From NCBI GenBank assembly GCA_963668625.2, contig CAXXKA010000006.1:224001-288000 (forward strand): DNA of 64,000 bases. The letters run 5' to 3'. The notes under the pieces were generated by a model. That model was not told the DNA's origin and did no database searches. It was given only the letters and a program-made list of their open reading frames with translations. This stretch comes from an uncultured candidate division Zixibacteria bacterium. GTDB lineage: Bacteria; Zixibacteria; MSB-5A5; UBA10806; 4484-95. A program made the translations under genes and the position numbers. Of the stretch, positions 19,076-28,915 are shown piece after piece. Every line of letters begins with the position of its first letter. The stretch's first letter is position 1.

Positions 19076-20242
19076 CTAAAAGAAAACTTTAAATCTTAAA
19101 ACTCCGCTGTAACCCTGCTCGACCGAGTACGCCTTGCTATCCTCGCCGAGATTGAAATTCAAGAATAAATCCATCTCGATATTCTGGTACATGCTGTAAT
19201 TCATCGAGGGTACCAGGCTGATCGAACGATCGGATAAGCTGGTTATAAACGAGTTGCTCAGATGTATATAATCGGTCACGGGGTAGTCCAGATAGAGATA
19301 GAGGTTATCTCGTGATATTGTCCTGATCTCGCCGGTGAGAAACCGCAGCCAGTCATTGAGATCGTATTCTTCGTATTCGGATTTACCGAGCCCGTTGCGA
19401 TAGTATTCGGCCATAACGTACAGTTCGTTATCGAAAGTGTAGTCGGCGCCGGCGAGGATTTCCTTGAAATCATCAACACCGGAGAGCGTATTGTAACCGA
19501 ACTCGGCCCATACGCCAAGCCCCAGAAGCTCGCCTACGATATCACCGCCATACATATGACGGATATCATTTACGGGCATATCGTTGATATAATCTCCGAG
19601 ATTCCATTGCTTTTCGGAATAGATCAGGCTGAAATCGAAATGTGATATGCCGCTTTTTAGCCTGACTAATTTGCCTGAGTTATTCCAGTCATCCTCGGGG
19701 AAATAAATCAATACGGTATTGAATTTCGGAGCAATGGCGGCATCAACTCTTATCGCCGAATGTCCGGGCTGCTCATAGGTAGGGTCGATAGCGTCCTTAC
19801 TGTTGAACAGGTCGGTCGGGTTCCAGGCGTAACCGGTTCCTGGCGAAATTTGCTGTTTTCCCAGTGTGATATCGAATATCGATTTCGTAAATTTCATGTA
19901 AGCGTTGTCGAGGTAAATAGTGTCATCGTAATCATAGGTAAAGTAATCGAGCTGCGAACTATCGACAGTTTGTCGAATAGTTTCGGGGATGTATTGCATC
20001 AGATCCCAGTCTCTTCGGCCACCATAAGTTATATAATCGAAATTGGCGGCGAATTTCACCTCATCCAGATCGGATTGCATATCGACTCTTAGCTTGTTGG
20101 AAAACAGTTGCGAGTATTCATCCTCATACTGCACGCCCATATACTGAGGCTCGAAATACCCGAATATCTCCAGCGATTGGCCGTATATCGGGGAGCCGAC
20201 AGCAGACAGGATAGTAGCGATCATTACGATATACAGTTTCAT
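19076..20242 (-). CDS. Putative outer-membrane beta-barrel protein (DUF1302-like)
   Basis: Signal peptide, LGKQQISPG..WNPTD motif, aromatic-rich, C-terminal LRFKVFF. Confidence 0.65.
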   Translation of the reverse strand: MKLYIVMIATILSAVGSPIYGQSLEIFGYFEPQYMGVQYEDEYSQLFSNKLRVDMQSDLDEVKFAANFDYITYGGRRDWDLMQYIPETIRQTVDSSQLDYFTYDYDDTIYLDNAYMKFTKSIFDITLGKQQISPGTGYAWNPTDLFNSKDAIDPTYEQPGHSAIRVDAAIAPKFNTVLIYFPEDDWNNSGKLVRLKSGISHFDFSLIYSEKQWNLGDYINDMPVNDIRHMYGGDIVGELLGLGVWAEFGYNTLSGVDDFKEILAGADYTFDNELYVMAEYYRNGLGKSEYEEYDLNDWLRFLTGEIRTISRDNLYLYLDYPVTDYIHLSNSFITSLSDRSISLVPSMNYSMYQNIEMDLFLNFNLGEDSKAYSVEQGYSGVLRFKVFF

Positions 20243-21003
20243 TTTTTCATGCCTCTTTCGGTGAAAAGCTCATCATCGAGTTTTATATCGTACGTAATCT
20301 CATCGTATACCATATAAGTCGAGGAGTTATCCTGAAGATTTTGCATTTCCATTTTCATGGCGGTAGGCACGCCCTCGATTATCCTTATATCGGAAAATAT
20401 CAAACGCTTGACCTGGTAGGATGGATCGTTCTCATCATAGTAATCTAACTGCAGGGGGAAGTAGTTTTCTTTGCTGACCCACATCACCTCGCGGGAATAG
20501 CCGGATTCCGCCTCGTCTTTCGCAGTCATCTCGATAACGAAACATTCTTTGCCATCCACCTTGCCATCCTCCAGAAGCTTATGGCTGAAATCCGTCAGCC
20601 AGGAATCGCCCGAACCCATGTCCTCATAGGAGAAATCGCTGCCCTCGAATTTTTGTTTCTTGGCGTGCGTTGCCAGCTTTCTTACCCGGTTGGTACGGGG
20701 AAAGTACGACCAGATATCATCGGCGTTATTGAGCATCAGCACCGCCTGGTCTTTCACCCTGCTGGGAGCGATATATTTGATCAGATTTTTCTCACCTTTA
20801 TCCTTGGAGTATGACTCATATGTAAAAGTTCTTTCTTTGCCCGAGGACGTAGTAATAGTCATATTAAGCAGGGCTTTGGCCTGATCCTGATTAACTAACT
20901 CGTTTACTTTATCAACGATCGCTTTTGCTGTTTGATCCTGGGCTGTGATTATTCCGAAGAAAAGAATCAGGTTCGCTAATATTAAAATGATGGTTCTGGT
21001 CAT
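20239..21003 (-). CDS. Outer-membrane lipoprotein-sorting protein (LolA-like)
   Basis: Signal peptide, IWSYFPRTNRVRKL, FEGSDFSYED, C-terminal ELFTERGM. Confidence 0.85.
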   Translation of the reverse strand: MTRTIILILANLILFFGIITAQDQTAKAIVDKVNELVNQDQAKALLNMTITTSSGKERTFTYESYSKDKGEKNLIKYIAPSRVKDQAVLMLNNADDIWSYFPRTNRVRKLATHAKKQKFEGSDFSYEDMGSGDSWLTDFSHKLLEDGKVDGKECFVIEMTAKDEAESGYSREVMWVSKENYFPLQLDYYDENDPSYQVKRLIFSDIRIIEGVPTAMKMEMQNLQDNSSTYMVYDEITYDIKLDDELFTERGMKK

Positions 21004-21016
21004 TTATGCCTCCATG

Positions 21017-21634
21017 TTAACCATTATTCTTTATGCCGTTTATGAATAAATCTATCAGGGTGTCAGCCATCTCCTGAAAATGAAATGTCCGAGGGTCTAT
21101 TACCCATTGTACCTGCAAACCGTCAATGATACCGATTATTGCCGAGGCGAACATATGCGTATCGATTGGGCGGAACTCGCCGCAGTCGATACCAGCCTGC
21201 AAGATTCGTTTATATGTTTCGCGCAATTCATCGTATATCGGTTTGATATCGATAAGGCCTTTTTCGGGTTGATACTGGTTGCGAATACCCTCGGCCCAGA
21301 AATCAGTGATGAAGGCTGACATCTCCGGCGTGAATTTATCTGAAAACTCCAGCGAAGTCTTTGTCATAGCGCGAATTTTCTCCATAGGGGGGAGATCGGA
21401 ATTCGCGACTATCTTGATATCATTGGTGATGTCCGCGATCATCTGGTTGCAAGCATCGATGAATATCTCATCCCGCCCGCTAAAATACTCGTAAATAGTC
21501 CCCTTACCGATTCCCGCTTCAGCGGCGATATCGGCAATCTTAGAGCTTTTCAATCCTTTTTCTGCAAAAACCTTTATCGCCGATATCATTATATGTTGTT
21601 TTTTTTCCTCTTTATCGACCTTACGTGGCGTCAT
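21017..21634 (-). CDS. TetR/AcrR family transcriptional regulator
   Basis: HTH IADIAAEAGIGKGTIYEYF; start moved to ATG 21634 after GAGGAAG. Confidence 0.92.
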   Translation of the reverse strand: MTPRKVDKEEKKQHIMISAIKVFAEKGLKSSKIADIAAEAGIGKGTIYEYFSGRDEIFIDACNQMIADITNDIKIVANSDLPPMEKIRAMTKTSLEFSDKFTPEMSAFITDFWAEGIRNQYQPEKGLIDIKPIYDELRETYKRILQAGIDCGEFRPIDTHMFASAIIGIIDGLQVQWVIDPRTFHFQEMADTLIDLFINGIKNNG

Positions 21635-21651
21635 ATCTTCCTCTTTTAAAT

Positions 21652-21669
21652 TGACCGACTGTTCGGTCA
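21652..21669. promoter_or_regulatory. Putative TetR autoregulatory operator
   Basis: Perfect palindrome TGACCGA-CTGT-TCGGTCA just downstream of a minus-strand TATAAT (21671-21676) with TTGATC at -35. Confidence 0.75.
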
Positions 21670-21851
21670 TATTATATAAATTATATTCGGATGATCAACA
21701 GAAAAGTTTCTAAAAATTATGCAGATTGTATTGAGAATAAGTCTCAGATTCGATAACTTGTTATTATACAATACTATAAAGTATTAATATAATATTGAAT
21801 AATATGTTAATTTATTAGATGATCGAGGCGCTAATAATCATTAATCCCCAG

Positions 21852-23146
21852 ATTAGTGTAAATTCAATTGTGTAAATTTGTATTTATTGATGTATTAAAG
21901 AATTACGGGTATATCCAGCAGAAAACGCTAATCTTCAAGGAGGATATACCCGTGAAACCACTTAGGTTTGCTGATGAAAATGTAGGTTATGTATTTGCCG
22001 GAGTCAAGAGTTATTGGGAGGAGGATGTTCGGGGTGTGGTGTTGAAGCATGCTCGCCGTCATTTGGAACGGATGTTGAATGTTGAGTTTAGGATAGCGGT
22101 TGGCTGCGGAAAGTATGAGCGGAGTGAGGAGCGGGCGGATTATCGGAATGGTTATTACCGTCGGGGTTTGCTGAGTTTATACGGCTGGTTAGAGGAGGTA
22201 AAGGTTCCCCGGCTGCGTTATGGCAGCTTTGAGTCGAGTGTCTTGCGGAAGCACAAACGGCGTTCGCAGCTATTGGATCGGCTGATTTTAGAGGGCTTTC
22301 TGCTTGGTCATTCTACCCGCAAGACAGCACGGATGTTCAAGCGGGCCTATGGTGAAAGCATCAGCGCCCAGGCTGTCTCGAACGTAGTTAAGGCATTAAA
22401 CGATGAGGTTGGCAGCTTCCACTGTCGGGCTTTGGGCGATGATTATCGTTTTATTCATCTGGATGGTTTATGGGTGAAGATAACCTCTCCGGTTAAGGTG
22501 AAGAAGGTGTTGCTTGTGGCCTACGGTGTCCGTCACGATGGCAGCCGTGAGCTTATCGACTTCATGCTGGCTGGCTCTGAGAGCGAGGCCTACTGGTGGG
22601 GCTTTCTGTCGGATCTCAAGCAGCGAGGTCTGCGCGGTCATTTGTTGGAGGTTGTTGTTCACGATGGTGGTAAGGGGCTGATTAAAGCTCTGGCCGGGTT
22701 ATATCCGCGGGTGAAATCACAGCAATGTGTCTTCCACAAGCTGTCGAATATCAGCCAGAATCTGGATGAACGTAAAAACCGCAGCCGAATCACCAGGGAT
22801 GCTGCTGCGGTCTATCAGGCCGAGACGGAGAAAGAGTTGAAGGCACGATTGAAAGCTTTCAAGGCCAAATGGCGATTGAAAGAACCTAAAGCTGTTCGAT
22901 CATTTATTCGCGGCTTTGATCGAACACTGATTTATCGAGAATATGCTGAACCTGAAAGAACTCAAATAAAGACCAATAATCCTCTGGAGCGATATCTGGA
23001 GGAATTGCAAAGGAGGATAAAACCGTTCAGGAAATTTGTTAATGCCAAAAGTGTTGATCGAATCGTTTATGGAATAGTCGCTTATGTGCTGGATAACCGA
23101 AAATCTGAAAATCATTACAAATTTACACAATTCCCTTGATAAGATC
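21852..23146 (+). mobile_element. IS256-family insertion sequence, 1295 bp
   Basis: Terminal inverted repeats share AATTGTGTAAATTTGTA at equal distance from each end; 8 bp target-site duplication ATCCCCAG at 21844-21851 and 23147-23154. Confidence 0.92.
21952..23139 (+). CDS. IS256-family (Mutator-type DDE) transposase
   Basis: YRNGYY, HLDG, HDG, QCVFHK, TNNPLER; GTG start after AAGGAGG. Confidence 0.93.
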   Translation: MKPLRFADENVGYVFAGVKSYWEEDVRGVVLKHARRHLERMLNVEFRIAVGCGKYERSEERADYRNGYYRRGLLSLYGWLEEVKVPRLRYGSFESSVLRKHKRRSQLLDRLILEGFLLGHSTRKTARMFKRAYGESISAQAVSNVVKALNDEVGSFHCRALGDDYRFIHLDGLWVKITSPVKVKKVLLVAYGVRHDGSRELIDFMLAGSESEAYWWGFLSDLKQRGLRGHLLEVVVHDGGKGLIKALAGLYPRVKSQQCVFHKLSNISQNLDERKNRSRITRDAAAVYQAETEKELKARLKAFKAKWRLKEPKAVRSFIRGFDRTLIYREYAEPERTQIKTNNPLERYLEELQRRIKPFRKFVNAKSVDRIVYGIVAYVLDNRKSENHYKFTQFP

Positions 23147-23172
23147 ATCCCCAGCCTAGCTGGTATTAAAAC

Positions 23173-23200
23173 TTGACATATTAATGGCTTATCATATATT
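23173..23200 (+). promoter_or_regulatory. Sigma-70-type promoter for the C25 peptidase
   Basis: TTGACA-16 nt-TATATT. Confidence 0.55.
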
Positions 23201-23345
23201 AAAAAAGCAAGTGGTTGTTCAACCGGGGCTCTTGGAACCTCTACCTGAACGCAACTTTTAGCACGAGATATAAAATAACTACAATTTGGGTAAATGCTGC
23301 AAGGAATAACATCTGCATCTTTCTAAAATTACGGGGAGGTATTTA

Positions 23346-26300
23346 ATGCAAATTACAGTAAGTAAATCTGCATTAATCATTAGTTTTCTAATTATTTTGT
23401 TTACGGCGAATTACGGTTACTGCCAGGATTTGATCGAATATTCAGTCTCGATTACTACCGAAAAATCGGATTTGAAATTCGGCGATGTCGATACTTATGA
23501 TAAAGTGTTTTTTGAGGATGGCGATTATGCTGTCGCGGTTGGGGCGCCGATGATACCCTCACGGGTGGTACGGGTGGCTCTGTCGGCCGGTATGAAAGCC
23601 ACCGGAGTTGAGCTGGTTAACTCGAGCAAGGTCGAGTTATCGGGTGAGTATAATATTGTTCCGATGCAACCGGCCGGTAAAATCAGTGATAGCGGTACAC
23701 TTCAATTTGTCGAACCAGAACCATCGTATTATACATCCTCGGATATTTTCCCCGGAATAAACGCGGAGTTACTCGGTCAGGCCGATCTTGCAGGCCAGGC
23801 GTTCGCGATTGTAAGAGTATTTCCTTTGCAATATATAGCCGCTCAAAAGAGCCTGACACTCTATGATAATATAGAGCTTAAAATTACCGGCGAGCACGGA
23901 TATATCTGCGGCGATTATATGTCGCCGAAATATACTGCCGAGGAGGAGAAGGAAGTGCGTTCTACGGTGGAGGGGATGGTAATCAATCCACTGAACGTCA
24001 GGTTGGAATCATCCTCCCAACTACCATTCGTTAGCGGCGTTGCCTCCGGCGATTATGATTATGTAATTATCACGCCGGCCTCATATACGGGCTATTATCA
24101 GGTGTTGTTAGACTGGAAAAACAAGAAAGGTGTCAGGGCAACTTTGGTAACCACCTCCTGGATTTACTACACCGGAGGTTATTCGGGCGATAATCAGTCG
24201 AAAATTCGCCAATTCGTGCAGGATGCTTATTCCACCTGGGGCGCCCGTTATTTCCTATTGGGTGGCGATACTAACCTCATTCCGGCGCATTCTAGGACTA
24301 TAGATGGTGATGCTATTCCTAACGATACTTACTATGCCGATTTCGATGATGACTGGGTTGCCGAAGCTCATATAGGCAGGGTACCCGGTAGAAGCGGTTC
24401 TGATATGAGTAATTTCGTCAGTAAGGTAATAACGTACGAACAGGATCCGCCGATGACGAATTACGCTTTGAATGCCTCACTTCTGGGTTTCGATCTCGAT
24501 TACTATACCGAGGGCGAAGATTGTAAGACTTATATCGATAGCTACTATATCCCCTCCAGTTGGACGATGACGAATGTTTATGATGACCATAGCGGAAGCC
24601 ATCTGAGTAACGCCAATGCGGCTATGAATGCCGGGCAGAACCTGGTTAATCATATTGATCATTGCAATGAGTACTATATCGGTGTCGGCAGCTACAATCA
24701 CGATACGGGTTGGGGAACCGGCAACGTTGATGCATTCAGTAACGGAGACAGGCAGAGTATTTTCTACTCGCTCGGATGCTGGGCTAACGCCTACGATTAC
24801 ACGGAATGTATATCCGAGCACATGATGAACGATACTAACGGCGGCTCGGTAGCGCTGGTAGGCAATTCTAGATACGGATGGTATTATCAGGGAAATACCA
24901 GTGGTTTGTCTTTCGCTTATGATAGGGCATTTTTTAACTCGCTGTTCCAACAAAACCAATACCGTGTCGGCAATTGTTTTTCCGATCATAAGAATGACGC
25001 TTACACCAACGATGAGACAATGCAATATATATTTACCGAGTTGACTTTACTGGGCGATCCGGAAATGCCCATGTGGACCGCTCAGCCGGCCGAACTGGTT
25101 GTCAGCCATCCCGATGAACTAATGCTCGGACAATCGCAGTTCGTGGTACATGTAGAGGATACCGGCGGTAGCAGTATAGCCTCGGCGCTCGTTTGCCTGA
25201 TGAAAGATGATGAGGTTTACCTGACAGCCTATACGTATTCGAACGGTAACGCTACTTTCAACCCGGAGCCGACTACTTTAGGTGATTTGGAAGTTACCGT
25301 AACCAAGCAAAATTTCTTACCCTCGGAAACGCAGGCGGCGGTTATAGATCCGCTCGGAGAGATAACCGGTTATATAAAGAATAGCGATTTGCATGCGATT
25401 GTGGGAGTCGAGGTTTCTTGCAGCAGCCCCAGCCTCAATGATGTTTCCGATACCAGGGGTTATTACTCGTTATACGGTTTCGAGGTCGGTACGTACGATA
25501 TCACCTATTCGCATCCCGAATACCAGGATACCACGGTTGAGGATGTTTACGTTGCCGAAGGTGCCATCGTCAATCTCAATGTTACCTTAAAGCCATATAC
25601 CGATGATGTCGGAGCTTCGATTATTTTCACCCCGGCCGATACGATTATGATGGATGTACCGAGTACTGTGGTTTGCGAGATATTCAATAACGGTACCGAA
25701 ACGAATTCATTTAATGTTCAATTTCAGGCACAGGCTTTGTACTCCACGATGATCGAGTTTACTTCCTCGATAGCTGTTAACGATATGCCCGGAGGAACGG
25801 TGGATACTATCGTATTTAACGATGCTTTCTCACCGGCCATGGATACCGTATATAACATCATAGTGTCGACGAATTTGAGTGGTGACATGAATCCCGGCAA
25901 CGATGCGGTTAGCTCCACCTGCCGAAGTGTACAGGGAATAACGGTTTGGTACGGCAATATGGATGGTTCGCCGATTACGGCTTATGTTGGAGAAAGATTC
26001 GATGTTGATGTATATGCCAGCACCTCCCCGGATGTCTACGTTGCCGACCTTCACCTTTGCCTGGGCGCGATGGATGAATATGTAACCGGATTTCATAGCC
26101 ATACTGATGGCACGGTATATAACCAAATAAGCGAATGGGCTCTGGTTGAATTCTTCGATCCGCAAAGCGATCCAAATCCCGAGGGTTGGAGCAGCCAGTC
26201 ATTCTGGGGAATAACCAGGCTCTCTTTGCTGGGAATATTCGAACCGTTCGATGATGCTCCCTGGCTTCACACCGATGTGCCCACACATATCGTAACATTC

Positions 26301-26795
26301 GTTTTGGAAGCCGCTGATGATTCTTTGCTCGCCGGCGAGGCAGTCAACTGTCTCGGATACGGCCTTAATCAGCCGCAAGGGCCATCCAATGCAGGCGATT
26401 CGCTGGGCGGTCTCGGTTATAAATTGGCGGAAGTTTTCAGCCCTGTTCTTTTCCGTTCGCCGACCGGTGAGTGCGATTATATGCCAGGCGATGTTAATGG
26501 TGACAAATCGGTTATTGGCGCCGATGTCAGCTACCTGGTCAATTATTTCAGAGGCACGGGCAACCCGCCACCCGATTCGTGCTGGAACGAACTTGACTCC
26601 GATTGGCTGTATAGCGCGGCCGATGCCAATGGCGATTGTTCGGTTATAGGCGCCGATGTTACTTACCTGGTCAATTATTTCAGGGGGCTTCAAACCGGCC
26701 TGAGATGGTGTATCGAAACCCCGCCGATGGAGATTCCGGTATCGGTTTTGGATGATCCGGGGCAATTTGACGATAATAATTCAGGAACCGAATAG
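23346..26795 (+). CDS. Secreted C25 (gingipain-like) cysteine peptidase with propeptide, Ig-like/carboxypeptidase-regulatory domains and C-terminal dockerin
   Basis: YVIITP, YFLLGGD, IGRVP, catalytic His in NHIDH, Cys in SLGCW, LLGDPEM; paired dockerin repeats [20 protein letters not shown] and [20 protein letters not shown]. Confidence 0.88.
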   Translation: MQITVSKSALIISFLIILFTANYGYCQDLIEYSVSITTEKSDLKFGDVDTYDKVFFEDGDYAVAVGAPMIPSRVVRVALSAGMKATGVELVNSSKVELSGEYNIVPMQPAGKISDSGTLQFVEPEPSYYTSSDIFPGINAELLGQADLAGQAFAIVRVFPLQYIAAQKSLTLYDNIELKITGEHGYICGDYMSPKYTAEEEKEVRSTVEGMVINPLNVRLESSSQLPFVSGVASGDYDYVIITPASYTGYYQVLLDWKNKKGVRATLVTTSWIYYTGGYSGDNQSKIRQFVQDAYSTWGARYFLLGGDTNLIPAHSRTIDGDAIPNDTYYADFDDDWVAEAHIGRVPGRSGSDMSNFVSKVITYEQDPPMTNYALNASLLGFDLDYYTEGEDCKTYIDSYYIPSSWTMTNVYDDHSGSHLSNANAAMNAGQNLVNHIDHCNEYYIGVGSYNHDTGWGTGNVDAFSNGDRQSIFYSLGCWANAYDYTECISEHMMNDTNGGSVALVGNSRYGWYYQGNTSGLSFAYDRAFFNSLFQQNQYRVGNCFSDHKNDAYTNDETMQYIFTELTLLGDPEMPMWTAQPAELVVSHPDELMLGQSQFVVHVEDTGGSSIASALVCLMKDDEVYLTAYTYSNGNATFNPEPTTLGDLEVTVTKQNFLPSETQAAVIDPLGEITGYIKNSDLHAIVGVEVSCSSPSLNDVSDTRGYYSLYGFEVGTYDITYSHPEYQDTTVEDVYVAEGAIVNLNVTLKPYTDDVGASIIFTPADTIMMDVPSTVVCEIFNNGTETNSFNVQFQAQALYSTMIEFTSSIAVNDMPGGTVDTIVFNDAFSPAMDTVYNIIVSTNLSGDMNPGNDAVSSTCRSVQGITVWYGNMDGSPITAYVGERFDVDVYASTSPDVYVADLHLCLGAMDEYVTGFHSHTDGTVYNQISEWALVEFFDPQSDPNPEGWSSQSFWGITRLSLLGIFEPFDDAPWLHTDVPTHIVTFVLEAADDSLLAGEAVNCLGYGLNQPQGPSNAGDSLGGLGYKLAEVFSPVLFRSPTGECDYMPGDVNGDKSVIGADVSYLVNYFRGTGNPPPDSCWNELDSDWLYSAADANGDCSVIGADVTYLVNYFRGLQTGLRWCIETPPMEIPVSVLDDPGQFDDNNSGTE

Positions 26796-26828
26796 CATAT
26801 TTATTAGTACAACACATAGAGTTTTAAT

Positions 26829-26858
26829 GAAAGCAGGGTAATGCCTGCTTTCTTTTTT
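26829..26858 (+). terminator. Rho-independent terminator
   Basis: GAAAGCAGG-GTAATG-CCTGCTTTC followed by T6. Confidence 0.85.
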
Positions 26859-26886
26859 GATTAAGGATGAGAACCTGATTAATAAG

Positions 26887-26915
26887 TTGACAGTTTATCG
26901 TAGCGTTAATATATT
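26887..26915 (+). promoter_or_regulatory. Sigma-70-type promoter for tolB
   Basis: TTGACA-17 nt-TATATT, ending 9 nt before the GTG start. Confidence 0.6.
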
Positions 26916-26924
26916 TGTAACCCT

Positions 26925-28238
26925 GTGAAAGTATCATTTAAAATACTAATTAGCCTGCTGGCGCTATCGCTTTTCCATCATTCGGCTGCACTAGCTCAAA
27001 AAACCGAGATCAGGGGTACCATTATTGCCGGTCCGACTATCTCGCTTATATCGATGGCTGTTGATGATTTCAAACAAAGTGATAACATGACCTCAGCGGT
27101 CGACACGGCATTTACCAATGATTTGAAGAACACTCTTATAGATGATTTGATGTTCACTCTGTATTTCAACGTGGTCGTACCCGATTCGAGTTTTCTGGCC
27201 GATTTCGCCAAGGGTGATATGAAACTGGATGACTGGATATACCTGGGCGCCCAGATGCTAGTCCGGGCGAGAATCGAGAAACGTGAAGAGTTATATACCG
27301 TTGGTGTGCAGGTTGTAGATGTTTTCCGGGATAAGATGGTTTATAACAACGAGTTTTTAGGATCATCCCAGAACTATCGGGCATTATCTCATCGCATTGC
27401 CGCCGATCTGCTGTTTAATCTGACCGGTGAAGAAGGAGTGTTCGATACGAAAATCGTGTACTCGGCCGAGATAGACCGAAACCGTGAAATTTATGTATGC
27501 GATTACGACGGCTACAATCCCATAAAAATCACCGATGATCCGGGGCTTGACCAGATGCCGGCCTGGAGTCACAACGGCGATAGGGTATATTTCACCTCCG
27601 ATCGCAAGAACAATCATGATCTTTTCTGTTATATTTTCGAGAAAGATAAAATCTATACGGTTTCCAACCGTGAGGGATTGAATTTCGCGGCGGCGCCATC
27701 TCCTGATGGCAATTATATCGCGCTTACTTTATCGATAGCCGGTAACTCCGAAATTTATCTTCTTGATAGCTCCGGCAGAATTATGCGCCGCCTGACATAT
27801 TCCTGGGCAATCGACACCTCGCCCACCTGGTCTCCGAATTCACGGGAAATCGCGTTTATTTCAGATAGAGCCGGGAATCCACAATTGTATGTAACCGATG
27901 TTGATGGAATTAACACCCGTCGCCTGACATATTATGGCGATTATATCGCCGATCCGGTGTGGTCGCCGAAAGGCGATTATATCGCGTATTGTTCACGCGA
28001 GGCCTCTCAGTTCCATATTTATATTGTTGACATCACAGGCCAAAACGCTTATAAATTAACGGAGATTGGATCGAATGAGACACCTTCGTGGTCTCCCGAT
28101 GGTTTACATCTGGTGTACGCATCCAATGTTGATGGGGCTTACAGCCTGTGGACAATGAACTATGACGGCTCCGGCAAAAGGAAATTGAATTTGAGGGGAG
28201 CCTGTAAGTCACCCGATTGGTCTGTTAATTTGAGATAG
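26925..28238 (+). CDS. tolB: Tol-Pal system beta-propeller protein TolB
   Basis: Signal peptide, TolB N-domain (HRIAAD..LTGEEGVFDTKI), six PD40-type (P.WSP) repeats; upstream of pal. Confidence 0.92.
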   Translation: MKVSFKILISLLALSLFHHSAALAQKTEIRGTIIAGPTISLISMAVDDFKQSDNMTSAVDTAFTNDLKNTLIDDLMFTLYFNVVVPDSSFLADFAKGDMKLDDWIYLGAQMLVRARIEKREELYTVGVQVVDVFRDKMVYNNEFLGSSQNYRALSHRIAADLLFNLTGEEGVFDTKIVYSAEIDRNREIYVCDYDGYNPIKITDDPGLDQMPAWSHNGDRVYFTSDRKNNHDLFCYIFEKDKIYTVSNREGLNFAAAPSPDGNYIALTLSIAGNSEIYLLDSSGRIMRRLTYSWAIDTSPTWSPNSREIAFISDRAGNPQLYVTDVDGINTRRLTYYGDYIADPVWSPKGDYIAYCSREASQFHIYIVDITGQNAYKLTEIGSNETPSWSPDGLHLVYASNVDGAYSLWTMNYDGSGKRKLNLRGACKSPDWSVNLR

Positions 28239-28275
28239 AAAATAACAAATACTTATTTATCAAGGAGGTTTATCC

Positions 28276-28782
28276 GTGATTAGAAAATTAGGGCTACTTT
28301 TGTTAATTATGGCCGCAATGGCGAATATCTTCGGCCTTTGCGGACCAAAACCTATACCAGCTCCACCTCCGCCGCCGGAACCGGCCCCGGAGACGACTGT
28401 TGTTGAAGAACCGCCACCGCCTCCGCCACCGCCTCCGCCATTGGAGCTGACTAAGATTCATTTTAACTACGATAAGTACAACCTCACTACCGAGGCTCAG
28501 GATATTTTGGCTGCGAACGCTCGTGGTTTGACCTCTGAAGATTATCAGAATGTCACTATCAGGATCGAAGGTCACTGTGATGAACGTGGTTCGGATGAGT
28601 ACAACATGGCGTTAGGTGAAAAACGTGCCGCGACAGCCCGTGACTATCTAGTCAACTATGGTGTCGATGCCGGCCGTATCGCGATTATCAGCTATGGCGA
28701 GTCTCGCCCTGTCTCGATGGGGCATGATGAAGCTGCCTGGCGGATTAACAGGCGCGCCGAGTTTATCAAAGTTTCCGAATAA
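28276..28782 (+). CDS. pal: Peptidoglycan-associated lipoprotein Pal
   Basis: IHFNYDK, IEGHCDERGSDEYNMALGEKRA, SYGESRP, NRRAEF; Pro-rich linker. Confidence 0.95.
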   Translation: MIRKLGLLLLIMAAMANIFGLCGPKPIPAPPPPPEPAPETTVVEEPPPPPPPPPPLELTKIHFNYDKYNLTTEAQDILAANARGLTSEDYQNVTIRIEGHCDERGSDEYNMALGEKRAATARDYLVNYGVDAGRIAIISYGESRPVSMGHDEAAWRINRRAEFIKVSE

Positions 28783-28807
28783 CCAATACTCCATTGGCGA
28801 ATTTTCA

Positions 28808-28840
28808 AGAGACGGTCTTTTGTGGCCGTCTTTTTTTTTT
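28808..28840 (+). terminator. Rho-independent terminator
   Basis: GACGGTC-TTTTGT-GGCCGTC followed by T10. Confidence 0.85.
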
Positions 28841-28915
28841 GTGCCATAAATTTTATAAAGGATGTTAGTAAAAATCGCGAAATCTTTGCATTAAATCTTG
28901 CTGATAAAGTACGCC

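Noticed and set aside
21635-21670. Longer TetR N-terminus from the ORF track
   Set aside because: The extension covers the operator palindrome and RBS; ATG 21634 is the better start.
23209-23260. Riboswitch in the C25 peptidase leader
   Set aside because: Only a weak bulged hairpin (GTTG-TTCA/TGAA-CG-CAAC); no known aptamer consensus recognised.
26509-26683. 43 bp DNA direct repeat as a DGR template/variable repeat pair
   Set aside because: Both copies are the coding halves of a dockerin, the differences are not adenine-specific, and there is no reverse transcriptase.
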